From positions 121,115-185,114 of IMG/VR virus record IMGVR_UViG_3300034101_006340: DNA of 64,000 bases; one strand, written 5' to 3'. The DNA comes from a virus. Under the pieces are notes generated by a model. That model saw nothing but the letters and a program-made list of their open reading frames with translations. It made no database searches and had not been told where the DNA came from. Position numbers and translations under genes: made by a program. Positions 1 to 9,543 of the stretch are shown in pieces. Positions within the stretch are counted from its first letter, which is position 1. Every line of letters starts with the position of its first letter.

Positions 1-161
1 TCTGGTTCACCCATTAATACGGCTTTGGTTTTATTGGGAATAATGGTTTGTAAAGCTCTTTGTGCTTTATCAAAAGCTGGTTGTAGATAATCTCTTATAG
101 CATCTAATATTTTAGAGCGTATTTGACTATCACTATCTATTAATTGTAAACCTATTCTCAT
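1..161 (-). CDS. 5' part of a virion-module ORF running off the left edge (MRIGLQLIDSDSQIRSKILDAIRDYLQPAFDK...)
   Basis: Translated by hand. Its ATG (159-161) overlaps the TGA of the 158..679 ORF (ATGA coupling), and the frame stays open to the window edge. Confidence 0.7.
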   Translation of the reverse strand, partial: MRIGLQLIDSDSQIRSKILDAIRDYLQPAFDKAQRALQTIIPNKTKAVLMGEP

Positions 162-679
162 ATAATTTTTTCCCACATAGTAATAATATATCTATTACTT
201 CCTAAACCACAAATTTCTGGTTCATTAACTCTAGTATATCTACGATCTCCATATGCTGAAGTGGTTGTGTCAAATATAATTTCTCTAGCATTTTGTAATT
301 TAGGCAATAAGTTTATATTACAGATAGATTGTGCCATATTATTAGGAATATTAACTGTTTTAGAATTCCAGTTAAACCAATATTTACTATCAAAAATTAA
401 AGCTAGATAAACTGTTTCGTCTGCGCTCATATCAATAAGACCGTTGCCTCCGCAGATTGGACAAATACTGTGATTTGGAAAAGGGGCCACACCTGTTCCA
501 TTATATAGATTTGCGGATCTGTTTTGCATAGGATCAAACTTGCAATTATTACAAAGCTGTTGTTTTAAAGAATCATAAACTATGGAGCATGGTACCGCAA
601 GACCGTTTTTACCAATAAGATTATCTATTGCATCATTAAAGATATTTTTAAAATTGTTATTGATTATATTTTCAAACAT
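158..679 (-). CDS. Putative neck/head-closure-type virion protein with Zn-ribbon
   Basis: 173 aa with CxxC and CPICGGNG motifs, inside the structural operon. Function inferred from context only. Confidence 0.45.
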   Translation of the reverse strand: MFENIINNNFKNIFNDAIDNLIGKNGLAVPCSIVYDSLKQQLCNNCKFDPMQNRSANLYNGTGVAPFPNHSICPICGGNGLIDMSADETVYLALIFDSKYWFNWNSKTVNIPNNMAQSICNINLLPKLQNAREIIFDTTTSAYGDRRYTRVNEPEICGLGSNRYIITMWEKII

Positions 680-714
680 AATTTTTCCTAGTAAAAGTTA
701 TATATTTATACACT

Positions 715-3093
715 TTAGCTTTGACGTTGTTGCTTTGTGCCAGTACCAAAGATGTATGGGAATTCTGGAATACTTAATGAGCTATTAGTGAAGGTTAGAA
801 AATAAGCATACGTTCCACTCGGAAACTCAGGGGTTGTGCAGAATCTGCCATTAAGTTCATCCAAAGTACCGTAACCAGAGACATAAACAAAATCTTCTAC
901 AAAAGCTCCCTGTAGCAAATCATATTCTATGTCATTAACGCCAATTTTATTAAAATATTTCCAATCTATTGGTCTGTGACTATCTGTGGTTAAACCAGAA
1001 TAACTGGATCTCATTAGAATAATAGGACTATTAGAATCAAATAATCCAGAGTGTCCATATGGTCCATAAATAGGATATCCATCTAAACAAAAACCAATAA
1101 TTTTAGAATGACCATTAGGATGCCTAAAATAATTACCACTAAAACTGCTTTGACTATAGTAAGAACTACTATTATATAACAATGGAGTATTCCAGCAATT
1201 CGTTAAAAATAATCCATTTCTATACGAATATAGTCCGTCGCCATCGGGATATCCAGCACAGTCATCTGCATAAAACTTATTTAAATGATATGTTACATTA
1301 TATGTTAAACCAGAAGGAGCAGAAACGAATCCTGGAAGTGCTCCTGTGCCAGCAGATAATGATTTGATAGGTGATCCATTAAAAGCTATACCATGAATAT
1401 CACTAGAATTTATTTTCATTGGATTACTAGTATTAGTACCGCCTCTAAAAGTAAACCATAATGACAGATTTTGACTATTAATAGTTTCTACAATAAAATC
1501 TCTAAATGCGCTATTTGTTAATGGTCTTCCCGCAAGAGCAGGATAAGGATCAGCGTTTGTTTTTATATTAATTAACTGTCCGCTAAACATTAAAGATGTT
1601 AAACTAGAAAAAGTTGAGCCACTATGAGAAACAGTCATTTTGGCAAAGTCTATCCATTGTTTGTCTATGGGCGATCTATTCCAAAAATTATTTGCTACAC
1701 AAAAATATAACCAGTCATTATCATATAACAAAGATCCTGGAGTTCCGGTTGTGGTAGGATTATATATGGTTCCAGAATTAATTGGATTGTATAATTTATC
1801 TGTAGAAAATGTTATTTTATTAAAGTTTTCGTCATAATTAATAACAACGCCTTCTTTACCAATAATATTTAATCTATCACTCTGAGATAAATTTAGTATA
1901 ACTCTATCATTGCCAAGCGCATCTGTTTCTGAGGAAGCTATTCTAAGAATAGTATCAGGAGGAGACGGGAATGTGATAGTGCTTTGATCAATTCTAACAT
2001 AATTCAATCCTGTCCAAAAAGATGTGCCGTTACCAACTTTTAAACGGTATGTGTCTGTTTCGTATGCAATTTCTCCAATAGCTAAAACAGGATTAAAGTT
2101 TCTCCATTCACCAGATGTGGCTCTTCTTAGTCTAATTCTTGTATTATTAGTGTCATTAAAACTAAGAGCAGTAACTGGAGCAATATTACTTGATAATGTT
2201 ACTATATTACTCGAAACAGAATAAACTCCTGTTCCTCCTGAATTAATAGCTGCTACTCTAAATTTTAATGGAGTATCTATTGGTAAATTATCGATAGTTG
2301 CAGATAAGCCTGTAGATTCTGCAACTCTAGACCAATTTGAAACTAAGTCGTACTCTCCGCTAGGATATCCTGACTGAATAATATACTTTGTGATTGTAGC
2401 ATCGCCGTTATCCGTTGGCGTCAACCAAGTAACAGCAACTTGTTTATATGCTGATTCTATTGCTGAGACTGCTGTTGGTTCGTTCGGTGGTACGGCCTTG
2501 TAGTCTAAGTGCAAATATAAAGATGGGACTTCAATGGCTCCACCACCACCAATTCCAGTAGGAACTCCGCTGATTATAATAGTAATATAATTATTTTTTT
2601 GCCAATTAGACTTATTAGTATGATAGGCAACAAGTGGGGTAATATTCAAATATGGGATAGTACTAGTGTTAATATTGAAATAAACACCACTATGTTTTGG
2701 TGTTGCCAAGATAACATCATAATTATTTGATGGAGTAAAACTAGTGGTAGTTGTAGCTCCTATGGGCACATTAGTAAATCTAGGCAGTTTATCTAATTCT
2801 GTTTGTCTAAAATCATAAGTAAAAGTTTGAGAACCAGCATCAATAATTTGTGGTAAGCCACTTAAAAAAGAAAAAGACAATTGGGCAGAATTGAGGGATC
2901 CGGCTTTTAGAGGAATGGGTATATCTAATGCTAATGAATATTGCATTGTAGGAGTAGCAAATCCAGTACCAGATTTGTATCCTATTACTCTATATCCATT
3001 ATCGGTATCTTTAAATGTTTGATTAATATCTGCTGTATGATAATAACCGATTAGAGACTCATGATATCCTGATAATGCAATATTTAATATCAT
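715..3093 (-). CDS. Virion-associated protein: FN3 + Mtd_N-like fibre domain + C-terminal YHYH-type domain
   Basis: FN3 (PPNEPTAV...VTWLTP...YIIQ...FRVAAINSGGTG); IRLRRATSGEW..NPVLAIGEIAYETDT..LKVGNG (Mtd_N-like); HSKIIGFCLDGYPIYGPYG...LDELNGRFCTTPEFPSGTYAYFLT (YHYH family). Confidence 0.75.
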   Translation of the reverse strand: MILNIALSGYHESLIGYYHTADINQTFKDTDNGYRVIGYKSGTGFATPTMQYSLALDIPIPLKAGSLNSAQLSFSFLSGLPQIIDAGSQTFTYDFRQTELDKLPRFTNVPIGATTTTSFTPSNNYDVILATPKHSGVYFNINTSTIPYLNITPLVAYHTNKSNWQKNNYITIIISGVPTGIGGGGAIEVPSLYLHLDYKAVPPNEPTAVSAIESAYKQVAVTWLTPTDNGDATITKYIIQSGYPSGEYDLVSNWSRVAESTGLSATIDNLPIDTPLKFRVAAINSGGTGVYSVSSNIVTLSSNIAPVTALSFNDTNNTRIRLRRATSGEWRNFNPVLAIGEIAYETDTYRLKVGNGTSFWTGLNYVRIDQSTITFPSPPDTILRIASSETDALGNDRVILNLSQSDRLNIIGKEGVVINYDENFNKITFSTDKLYNPINSGTIYNPTTTGTPGSLLYDNDWLYFCVANNFWNRSPIDKQWIDFAKMTVSHSGSTFSSLTSLMFSGQLINIKTNADPYPALAGRPLTNSAFRDFIVETINSQNLSLWFTFRGGTNTSNPMKINSSDIHGIAFNGSPIKSLSAGTGALPGFVSAPSGLTYNVTYHLNKFYADDCAGYPDGDGLYSYRNGLFLTNCWNTPLLYNSSSYYSQSSFSGNYFRHPNGHSKIIGFCLDGYPIYGPYGHSGLFDSNSPIILMRSSYSGLTTDSHRPIDWKYFNKIGVNDIEYDLLQGAFVEDFVYVSGYGTLDELNGRFCTTPEFPSGTYAYFLTFTNSSLSIPEFPYIFGTGTKQQRQS

Positions 3094-5663
3094 AGTTTTT
3101 TGACCCCTAGCCTAAGACCGCTAGTAATAATTTGACCAGATGTAAATGGCTGTAGTGTTTGTGGATGATCCATCTGATAATATTCAATTAATTTATAATT
3201 TGTTCGAGTAAGCTCGTGTATAGGTCCAAATTCTATAAATCTTTCTGTTGGGCCAACATATGGGGATATTTCGGGCGTAAAATTCGATGTATACCTAACT
3301 AAACCAGAAGAGACTCTAAGCTCATCAACATATCCACTACCCCCAAAATATGTAAATGGCATGATTTGTGAGGTACTACTATTAGAAGGAACATATCTAG
3401 AAGATAATTGTCCAAAGTGCATACTATAAATATCGCTGTAATAGTATTCATCTCCTGGAGTAATCTGTAACAGTCTAGGGCCACTTAAAGAACTACCGCT
3501 AACAGAACCAGGACAAGAACCATATGTTAGACCAAAAAAAGAAGCTGTTGATATATTACGAGCATAATATCCTGTGCCAGAAACACCATTTAAAAATACA
3601 GTAAAATAGCCAGTTGGTGGACTGCTATTAATAATTTGTCTGGTAACAGCTACATGGTGCCATTGACCAGTAGTAATGGCAGACGGTAAGATTAAATCCA
3701 TAGATGCTGGAGTCGAACAAGGAGTAAACGTGGAGAAAAGCTGATCTCCAACGGCAAACCAACTTTCTATACTAAGAAACCCAGTATTTATACTAATCCT
3801 ATAACCCATATTAGAAATACTAGGGTCCACAACTTCGTCTCCATTAAGAGCAAACGATGGTAAGTCACTACGATACTTGCGATCAAATAAAACTATTTTT
3901 TCATTGTTGTTATTAAATTTAATCCAGGCTTCGATAGTAAATTTAGTATCACGAATATCGTATAAACTATTTTGAGTCACCAATAAACTATCGGACCCAG
4001 CAAAAGATAACGATCCATCAAATTTACCGCTGGGAATTAAAGATATACTACCTAGAGACGATAACGAATGAGCATATTTACTATAATCAATAGTAGGTTC
4101 TGTCTCGTTCCCATGTATTAAGAAGACCGTATTATTCCCACTAGGATCCGGTAAGCCTGTTTTACTAACCACATTTCGAAAGCTAGTGTCTAAAAATTCT
4201 TTGCGAGCATAATTATATATTTTCATACCTCCAATACCATCATTATATGAATATCTCCAAGTAGAATTATTATCTTTGTTTTCAAAAGGAGTATAGTAGC
4301 TATTACTATAGACAATAGCTGTGATTTTGTTTGGATCAGCAGTATAAATATAGCTGTTATCTTTATCAAAAGAAGCTAATAACGCTTTATTAGAAACATT
4401 AGAAGACTTGGACCATTGAAGAGGTCCGTCTATGATGTTCTCTTGATCACTAAAAATAGTATTGTTAGTAGATCCTAAACCAGGAGCAAGAGGTAAAACT
4501 TTGCTATCTTTACCCAAAAAATATTTTGGATTATTACCCGTATTATCAACCAAAGTAACATCATCTATTAGTGTTAATGATCCTCTCATATAGTAGAATG
4601 AATTATTAAAATTAACAGTTCCATAGTATTCTTGATTGCCAGTACAAGAGGATAAGGCTGTAGAATTATACGTTCTATTAAAAATTCTTATATTATCATA
4701 ATAAAAACCGCTTATATCTATATGAATATCCCATAGTTCTCTATCGGATTCTTCTGTGTTAATAACCAGAGAATCAGCCCCTTCAACCTTGAGTCTGATT
4801 CCGCCGCCGGTATGATCAATTTCGAATTCAAAATGTGTCCATCTGGAAAGAACATTGCTGTTATATGGTCCCATTCTTGTATCAGCTATTGTTAAAATTT
4901 TATGAGGATGATCTGTTGGAATTAATCTGGGGCCATTCTCAACAAAACCGCCACCGCAATATATGGGTGTGATTCTGTATTGATTTAGAGTGTCTCCCAA
5001 ATTTAAGTCAAAAATTCCACTGATGCCAGTATTTTGTTGTACCTCTAATCCTATGGTAATTTTTTTACCAGTATAATTTTGTTCGGAATCACCAACCTGT
5101 CTCAGATTTAATAATGTATCACCAGTAACACTGACTAAATTTAATAAAAGACCGGTATTATTTCCACTACAAAAAGCCAGAAAGGGATGCTTAGAGCCAA
5201 AACGGCCCTCTATCAAAGTGTCGCTAGTATGATAGTCTGTATCCTTTGTTTCTATGCCCAAACACCTAATGCCAAAATATGATTTTGTGCCACTAATCGA
5301 TTGGAAACCACTTAATGCAATATAGCTTAGTGGTGTTAGATTAAATGCAGATTGATTAATAGGAATATTGGTTATTGCTAAAAATCCTGGCGACCTACCA
5401 TATCCAGGATAATCGTTACCAATACCGCCATACACAGTACTGTATGCTAGACTAGTATAATTATTTATTGGTAGAATACCATTATTTGGACTATAATTAA
5501 CAAAATCATAGACATAGCTGCCTGCTAGAGCAGAAGTGTGGTTGTACGTATATGCGCCAAAAGCATACTGAGGATAATTTTTAAGCTGTAATTTCCAGTA
5601 GTTAGCGTCGAGTCTTTTAAGCAAAGTTCCTCGGTCAAAACCATCAAAAAATAGTGTGGACAT
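3090..5663 (-). CDS. LamG/concanavalin-A-like lectin domain virion protein
   Basis: FTIEAWIKF...QWHHVAVTR...YVDELRVSSGLVRYTSNFTP, a typical Laminin_G_3 signature. Confidence 0.75.
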   Translation of the reverse strand: MSTLFFDGFDRGTLLKRLDANYWKLQLKNYPQYAFGAYTYNHTSALAGSYVYDFVNYSPNNGILPINNYTSLAYSTVYGGIGNDYPGYGRSPGFLAITNIPINQSAFNLTPLSYIALSGFQSISGTKSYFGIRCLGIETKDTDYHTSDTLIEGRFGSKHPFLAFCSGNNTGLLLNLVSVTGDTLLNLRQVGDSEQNYTGKKITIGLEVQQNTGISGIFDLNLGDTLNQYRITPIYCGGGFVENGPRLIPTDHPHKILTIADTRMGPYNSNVLSRWTHFEFEIDHTGGGIRLKVEGADSLVINTEESDRELWDIHIDISGFYYDNIRIFNRTYNSTALSSCTGNQEYYGTVNFNNSFYYMRGSLTLIDDVTLVDNTGNNPKYFLGKDSKVLPLAPGLGSTNNTIFSDQENIIDGPLQWSKSSNVSNKALLASFDKDNSYIYTADPNKITAIVYSNSYYTPFENKDNNSTWRYSYNDGIGGMKIYNYARKEFLDTSFRNVVSKTGLPDPSGNNTVFLIHGNETEPTIDYSKYAHSLSSLGSISLIPSGKFDGSLSFAGSDSLLVTQNSLYDIRDTKFTIEAWIKFNNNNEKIVLFDRKYRSDLPSFALNGDEVVDPSISNMGYRISINTGFLSIESWFAVGDQLFSTFTPCSTPASMDLILPSAITTGQWHHVAVTRQIINSSPPTGYFTVFLNGVSGTGYYARNISTASFFGLTYGSCPGSVSGSSLSGPRLLQITPGDEYYYSDIYSMHFGQLSSRYVPSNSSTSQIMPFTYFGGSGYVDELRVSSGLVRYTSNFTPEISPYVGPTERFIEFGPIHELTRTNYKLIEYYQMDHPQTLQPFTSGQIITSGLRLGVKKL

Positions 5664-5744
5664 ACCACCTCCTTAGTCGAAGCATATCATAATACATGAT
5701 TATACCCCTTGTTATAGTAAACTAACTGATTTTTTAGTTATTTA

Positions 5745-5760
5745 GGTGTATCGTTATAGA
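5745..5760 (+). promoter_or_regulatory. Candidate phage late-promoter motif GGTGTATCGTTATAGA
   Basis: Same GTGTA-N5/6-TATA motif as upstream of other structural genes, on the strand of the 5800 gene and ~40 nt before its ATG. Confidence 0.45.
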
Positions 5761-5799
5761 TAAGATCTTATTTTTTATCACTAATGAGGCTTATAATTA

Positions 5800-6978
5800 A
5801 TGGCCACTAAAAAATTTCTATTAACTTGGAGTGCTCCTGTAGCCGGAGGCACAGTAAGTGGATATAGGGCTGAATATTCATTAGCTGGACAAAACAACTG
5901 GACATTATATAATGATGTTTTTAATACAACTTCTGGTTTTGTTACCGGACTATCTGGTTGTACTTTTTATGATTTTAGAGTATCTGCGTTTAATGGACTA
6001 GGAACTGGAAATTCAAGCAATACAGGAACGAGCATACAAGGAAATCTGCCATTTGCTCCCACTAATCTTAGTGGAAGTCCAACAGACACAACAATCGCTT
6101 TATCTTGGACAATGCCAAATAATGGTGGATGTCCAATAAGTGGATCGTTCATAGAATATAAAACAACTGGTAATGCAGAGTACACTATTTCAACATTAAG
6201 TAGTACCGGAACCAGCTATACTATTACTGGATTAGTTCAAAATACAGGATACAATATAAGAGTAAGATCAGCAAGTGTGGTGGGTACTGGATCGTATTCA
6301 TCTGGTATTATTCTTAACACTCAGATAACAGAATCTGTTCCTGGAGAAGTTGGTTCTTTACAAGTTCAATATATCGAAATGCTAGATGCTCCAACTGGAT
6401 TAAGCATATCAGTCAATTCGACTACTGGCAATCTAACATGGATTGCTTTGGACACAACAAATCAAATTCCGCTGTCTGGTTACTATGTTAGATATAAAAA
6501 TATTTCGGGGACAAACTGGACAACATCCTCTTTGTTCACAACAAACTCTGGCACTATAGGGTCGTTAACAGGAACAGATTGCTATTCATATGAGTTTGGT
6601 ATTGCTAGTTTAAATATTAGTGGTACAGTAGGAAGTTATGGCAACAGCATTACTGGTAATTTTGGTACTCCTGGATCGCCAACAAATTTTGGCGTTAATC
6701 CTGCTATGAATGGCACATATCAATTGGCGTGGACAGATCCAAGCCCTAGTCCAACAGGATATAATATCTATATGACAGGAATCAAAATCAATAATACTCC
6801 ACTTAATCCTAATTCAGGCTCGTTTAATTATAATGGATATGTTAGTTACAATGAAGAGATGCAATTCTGGACATTCCATACTCCAGTGGAGAGTGGAACA
6901 ATGACACTAAGTGCTGTAAATGCTTGTGGAGAAGGATCTCAATCAAACGGCGTTATTGTACCAGCATCGCCTTATTAA
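5800..6978 (+). CDS. Multi-FN3 protein, inverted relative to its operon
   Basis: Three to four FN3 repeats (LTWSAP...YRAEY...YDFRVSAFNGLGTG; PFAPTNL...LSWTMP...YNIRVRSASVVGTG). Confidence 0.8.
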   Translation: MATKKFLLTWSAPVAGGTVSGYRAEYSLAGQNNWTLYNDVFNTTSGFVTGLSGCTFYDFRVSAFNGLGTGNSSNTGTSIQGNLPFAPTNLSGSPTDTTIALSWTMPNNGGCPISGSFIEYKTTGNAEYTISTLSSTGTSYTITGLVQNTGYNIRVRSASVVGTGSYSSGIILNTQITESVPGEVGSLQVQYIEMLDAPTGLSISVNSTTGNLTWIALDTTNQIPLSGYYVRYKNISGTNWTTSSLFTTNSGTIGSLTGTDCYSYEFGIASLNISGTVGSYGNSITGNFGTPGSPTNFGVNPAMNGTYQLAWTDPSPSPTGYNIYMTGIKINNTPLNPNSGSFNYNGYVSYNEEMQFWTFHTPVESGTMTLSAVNACGEGSQSNGVIVPASPY

Positions 6979-8369
6979 TCTTCAATATAAGATACTTGTA
7001 AAATGCCTGGTGAACCTGGTAATAAGCAGTTTCCACAATCGAGTATTGTGTCTCTAGCAGATGTTGGGATGTTGAAACTACCCCTATAAAACGGTGATTT
7101 AGATACTATAATTTCATCTAGTCCGCCACTAAATCCTTCTGTGGTTAATCCCCATCCATCAGATGATGAAAAATCATAGCCGTCAGTACGTGGATATGCC
7201 CCTATAATTAGATAGTCTGAATTTAATACTAGACTAGCGTTATGATATTGTTCGTCTTTTTCTATACCATTAATAAAACAACTAATATAATTGTTTGATC
7301 TTGACACTGCTATATGAGTAAAGGAAGATGTTGATACAGACAAACCGGTAGCGATTACTATATCAAATAAATTCCCTTTATTACCAGTAGCAAATGCTAT
7401 CTTATTAGCATGATGATATATTTTCCAGCTATGGTTGTTGCCGGATTCTGAAGAACAAGACAAAAGTGTCTGTGGAGATGTTGGTGATCCGCTGTTGGGC
7501 TTAAACCATAACGACAGCGTAAAATTACCATTTAACGACCAAGATGATGATTCTTTTTGAACCACATGCATGTGAGGAAACGTTGTGAATCCTATATGTG
7601 GATTGTTTGTTAATGTAGTGAGAGTGCCTGGGAATTGCCAATAATTAGAAAAAGCTCCGCTTCCTAGAACTCCGGTAGCAACATAATCAGTAGCATAAAT
7701 AGTGTCTATTCCATAACAACCAGTAATAAGAATAAAATTTCTATCAGTACTATCCAAATTAGTATACATAATTAAGTCGCAATCATTGTCCACTCCACCA
7801 GAAGGAATAATAGAATTGCTTAGAGTAAATTCTCCTGTACCTATATTATTAACAGCAGCTACTTGAAAATGATAGGTATTATTATTAGTTAGAGGTACTG
7901 TTCCTGAGATTGCAGATCCCACCCCATCAGAATATGTAATCCAAGAAATATCTCCTGTCTGTTTATATTGAATGATATAATCAGTAATTGTTGATTTACC
8001 ATTATCTGGTTCTGTCCAAGATAAAACCCCTAGTGAATCTTTGTCTCTAGCAAAAACACTACTGATAGTTTTGGGCTCGCTTGGTGGAAGTTCATAACAC
8101 AAAACATCACACGTCAGATAAGATAATGGAGAAGTCCTATTGGGTTCTAAATTATAACATAATATATCATTTACTAAATAAGAATGATATACTTTCTCTG
8201 ATAGCACAGAATTATAGGTTAAAATATCAGCATTAAGATAGCTAACTATAGTTTTAAGAGTTGGATCTGTATATGTTAAAATATCTGCTGATAAATAATC
8301 ATGAATGACATGGTAGATGTATTTTTCCGCATATTTTGTTGAGAAACCATAAAAAGGAGGTAGAATCAT
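6975..8369 (-). CDS. FN3 + LamG virion protein
   Basis: PPSEPKTI...LSWTEP...YHFQVAAVNNIGTG; FTLSLWFKP...FTHIAVSRS...GGLDEIIVSK. Confidence 0.75.
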   Translation of the reverse strand: MILPPFYGFSTKYAEKYIYHVIHDYLSADILTYTDPTLKTIVSYLNADILTYNSVLSEKVYHSYLVNDILCYNLEPNRTSPLSYLTCDVLCYELPPSEPKTISSVFARDKDSLGVLSWTEPDNGKSTITDYIIQYKQTGDISWITYSDGVGSAISGTVPLTNNNTYHFQVAAVNNIGTGEFTLSNSIIPSGGVDNDCDLIMYTNLDSTDRNFILITGCYGIDTIYATDYVATGVLGSGAFSNYWQFPGTLTTLTNNPHIGFTTFPHMHVVQKESSSWSLNGNFTLSLWFKPNSGSPTSPQTLLSCSSESGNNHSWKIYHHANKIAFATGNKGNLFDIVIATGLSVSTSSFTHIAVSRSNNYISCFINGIEKDEQYHNASLVLNSDYLIIGAYPRTDGYDFSSSDGWGLTTEGFSGGLDEIIVSKSPFYRGSFNIPTSARDTILDCGNCLLPGSPGILQVSYIED

Positions 8370-8371
8370 GA

Positions 8372-9541
8372 CTATGGTCCGCTATTAGATGCTGTTGTAT
8401 CTCCAGACAGTATAATAACATTATTAGCGACCTTCAGAAGTGTACCTATAGAATATTGGCCTACTAAATTTTTATGACTATATCTATTAGCTATTGTGCC
8501 AGAAAATCTTACTTGTCCGGAATTCAATTGAACAACTAAACAATTAAAGCCTGTAGTAATTTCGTTTGAAAAACTTACATTAATAAAAGATGAATTGTAG
8601 TCTAATACCACAATTCGACCATTATCTGATTGTGTAATCGTATAATTATTTGTGTTTTGTATATTTAATGCGGCGGAAAATCTACTAAGAGAACCATCTC
8701 CCAAATACTGATTTCCATTTAAAAAATTATCTCCAGAAATTCTTGCAAAATCACCGGTACTATATGTAGAAATGGTGCCTAAGCCTAAAAATGTTCTTTG
8801 TAATGCTGTGGTTTCCTGAGACAATAGATTTTTACTGGCGTTGCTGATATTAATCGTACTAAATAAACCAGAAGAAGTGCCATAAAGCAAGGTGCCTGAT
8901 ATAATATTAGCTCTAGAAATACTATCCAAAATAGGGCTATAGGCCTGGGTATACTGTCCTATATTTAATCCGGTAACACCGATAGTCAATCTATTAAAAT
9001 CGGGATCCTCGTAATTAAGCTGTATATAAGAACCAGCATCAAGTAATGCGTCTACTCGATCATCTATAGTTTCTGATAAATTGGTAATATCCGAAGGAAT
9101 ATGATTATGAGATATTGGTGCATAAACACCGCTTGTGGTTGGGGATGCTATTGTAATTAATTGATTAATAGCATCTATATTAATAGTTGTACCGCCGCTA
9201 CCAGTAATAGCTATAGTATGGTCATAGCCGCTTAAGCTAAATTGATTAGTAAAATCTGTAAGCCTTAAAATAGAAATTCCTGATCCCGGAGGACCAGGTA
9301 AGCCACTAGGACCAATAGGTCCAATTCCACCGCTCGGTCCAACGGGTCCAACTAAACCAATTCCCGGAGGGCCTTGTGGTCCAGTAAAACCCTGTAAACC
9401 TCTTTCTATAGTAATTATCGAAATAGTATTAATAAAATTATCATTAATATTAACAGTAGACAAATTAACTTCTGTATCATCAGTAGATTGTCTGATAATT
9501 AGTTGATTGTTAATAGGTTGTGCTATATTGAGTATTGCCAT
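8372..9541 (-). CDS. Collagen-like (Gly-X-Y) fibre protein
   Basis: GLQGFTGPQGPPGIGLVGPVGPSGGIGPIGPSGLPGPPG repeat, in the structural cluster. Confidence 0.7.
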   Translation of the reverse strand: MAILNIAQPINNQLIIRQSTDDTEVNLSTVNINDNFINTISIITIERGLQGFTGPQGPPGIGLVGPVGPSGGIGPIGPSGLPGPPGSGISILRLTDFTNQFSLSGYDHTIAITGSGGTTINIDAINQLITIASPTTSGVYAPISHNHIPSDITNLSETIDDRVDALLDAGSYIQLNYEDPDFNRLTIGVTGLNIGQYTQAYSPILDSISRANIISGTLLYGTSSGLFSTINISNASKNLLSQETTALQRTFLGLGTISTYSTGDFARISGDNFLNGNQYLGDGSLSRFSAALNIQNTNNYTITQSDNGRIVVLDYNSSFINVSFSNEITTGFNCLVVQLNSGQVRFSGTIANRYSHKNLVGQYSIGTLLKVANNVIILSGDTTASNSGP

Positions 9542-9543
9542 AA

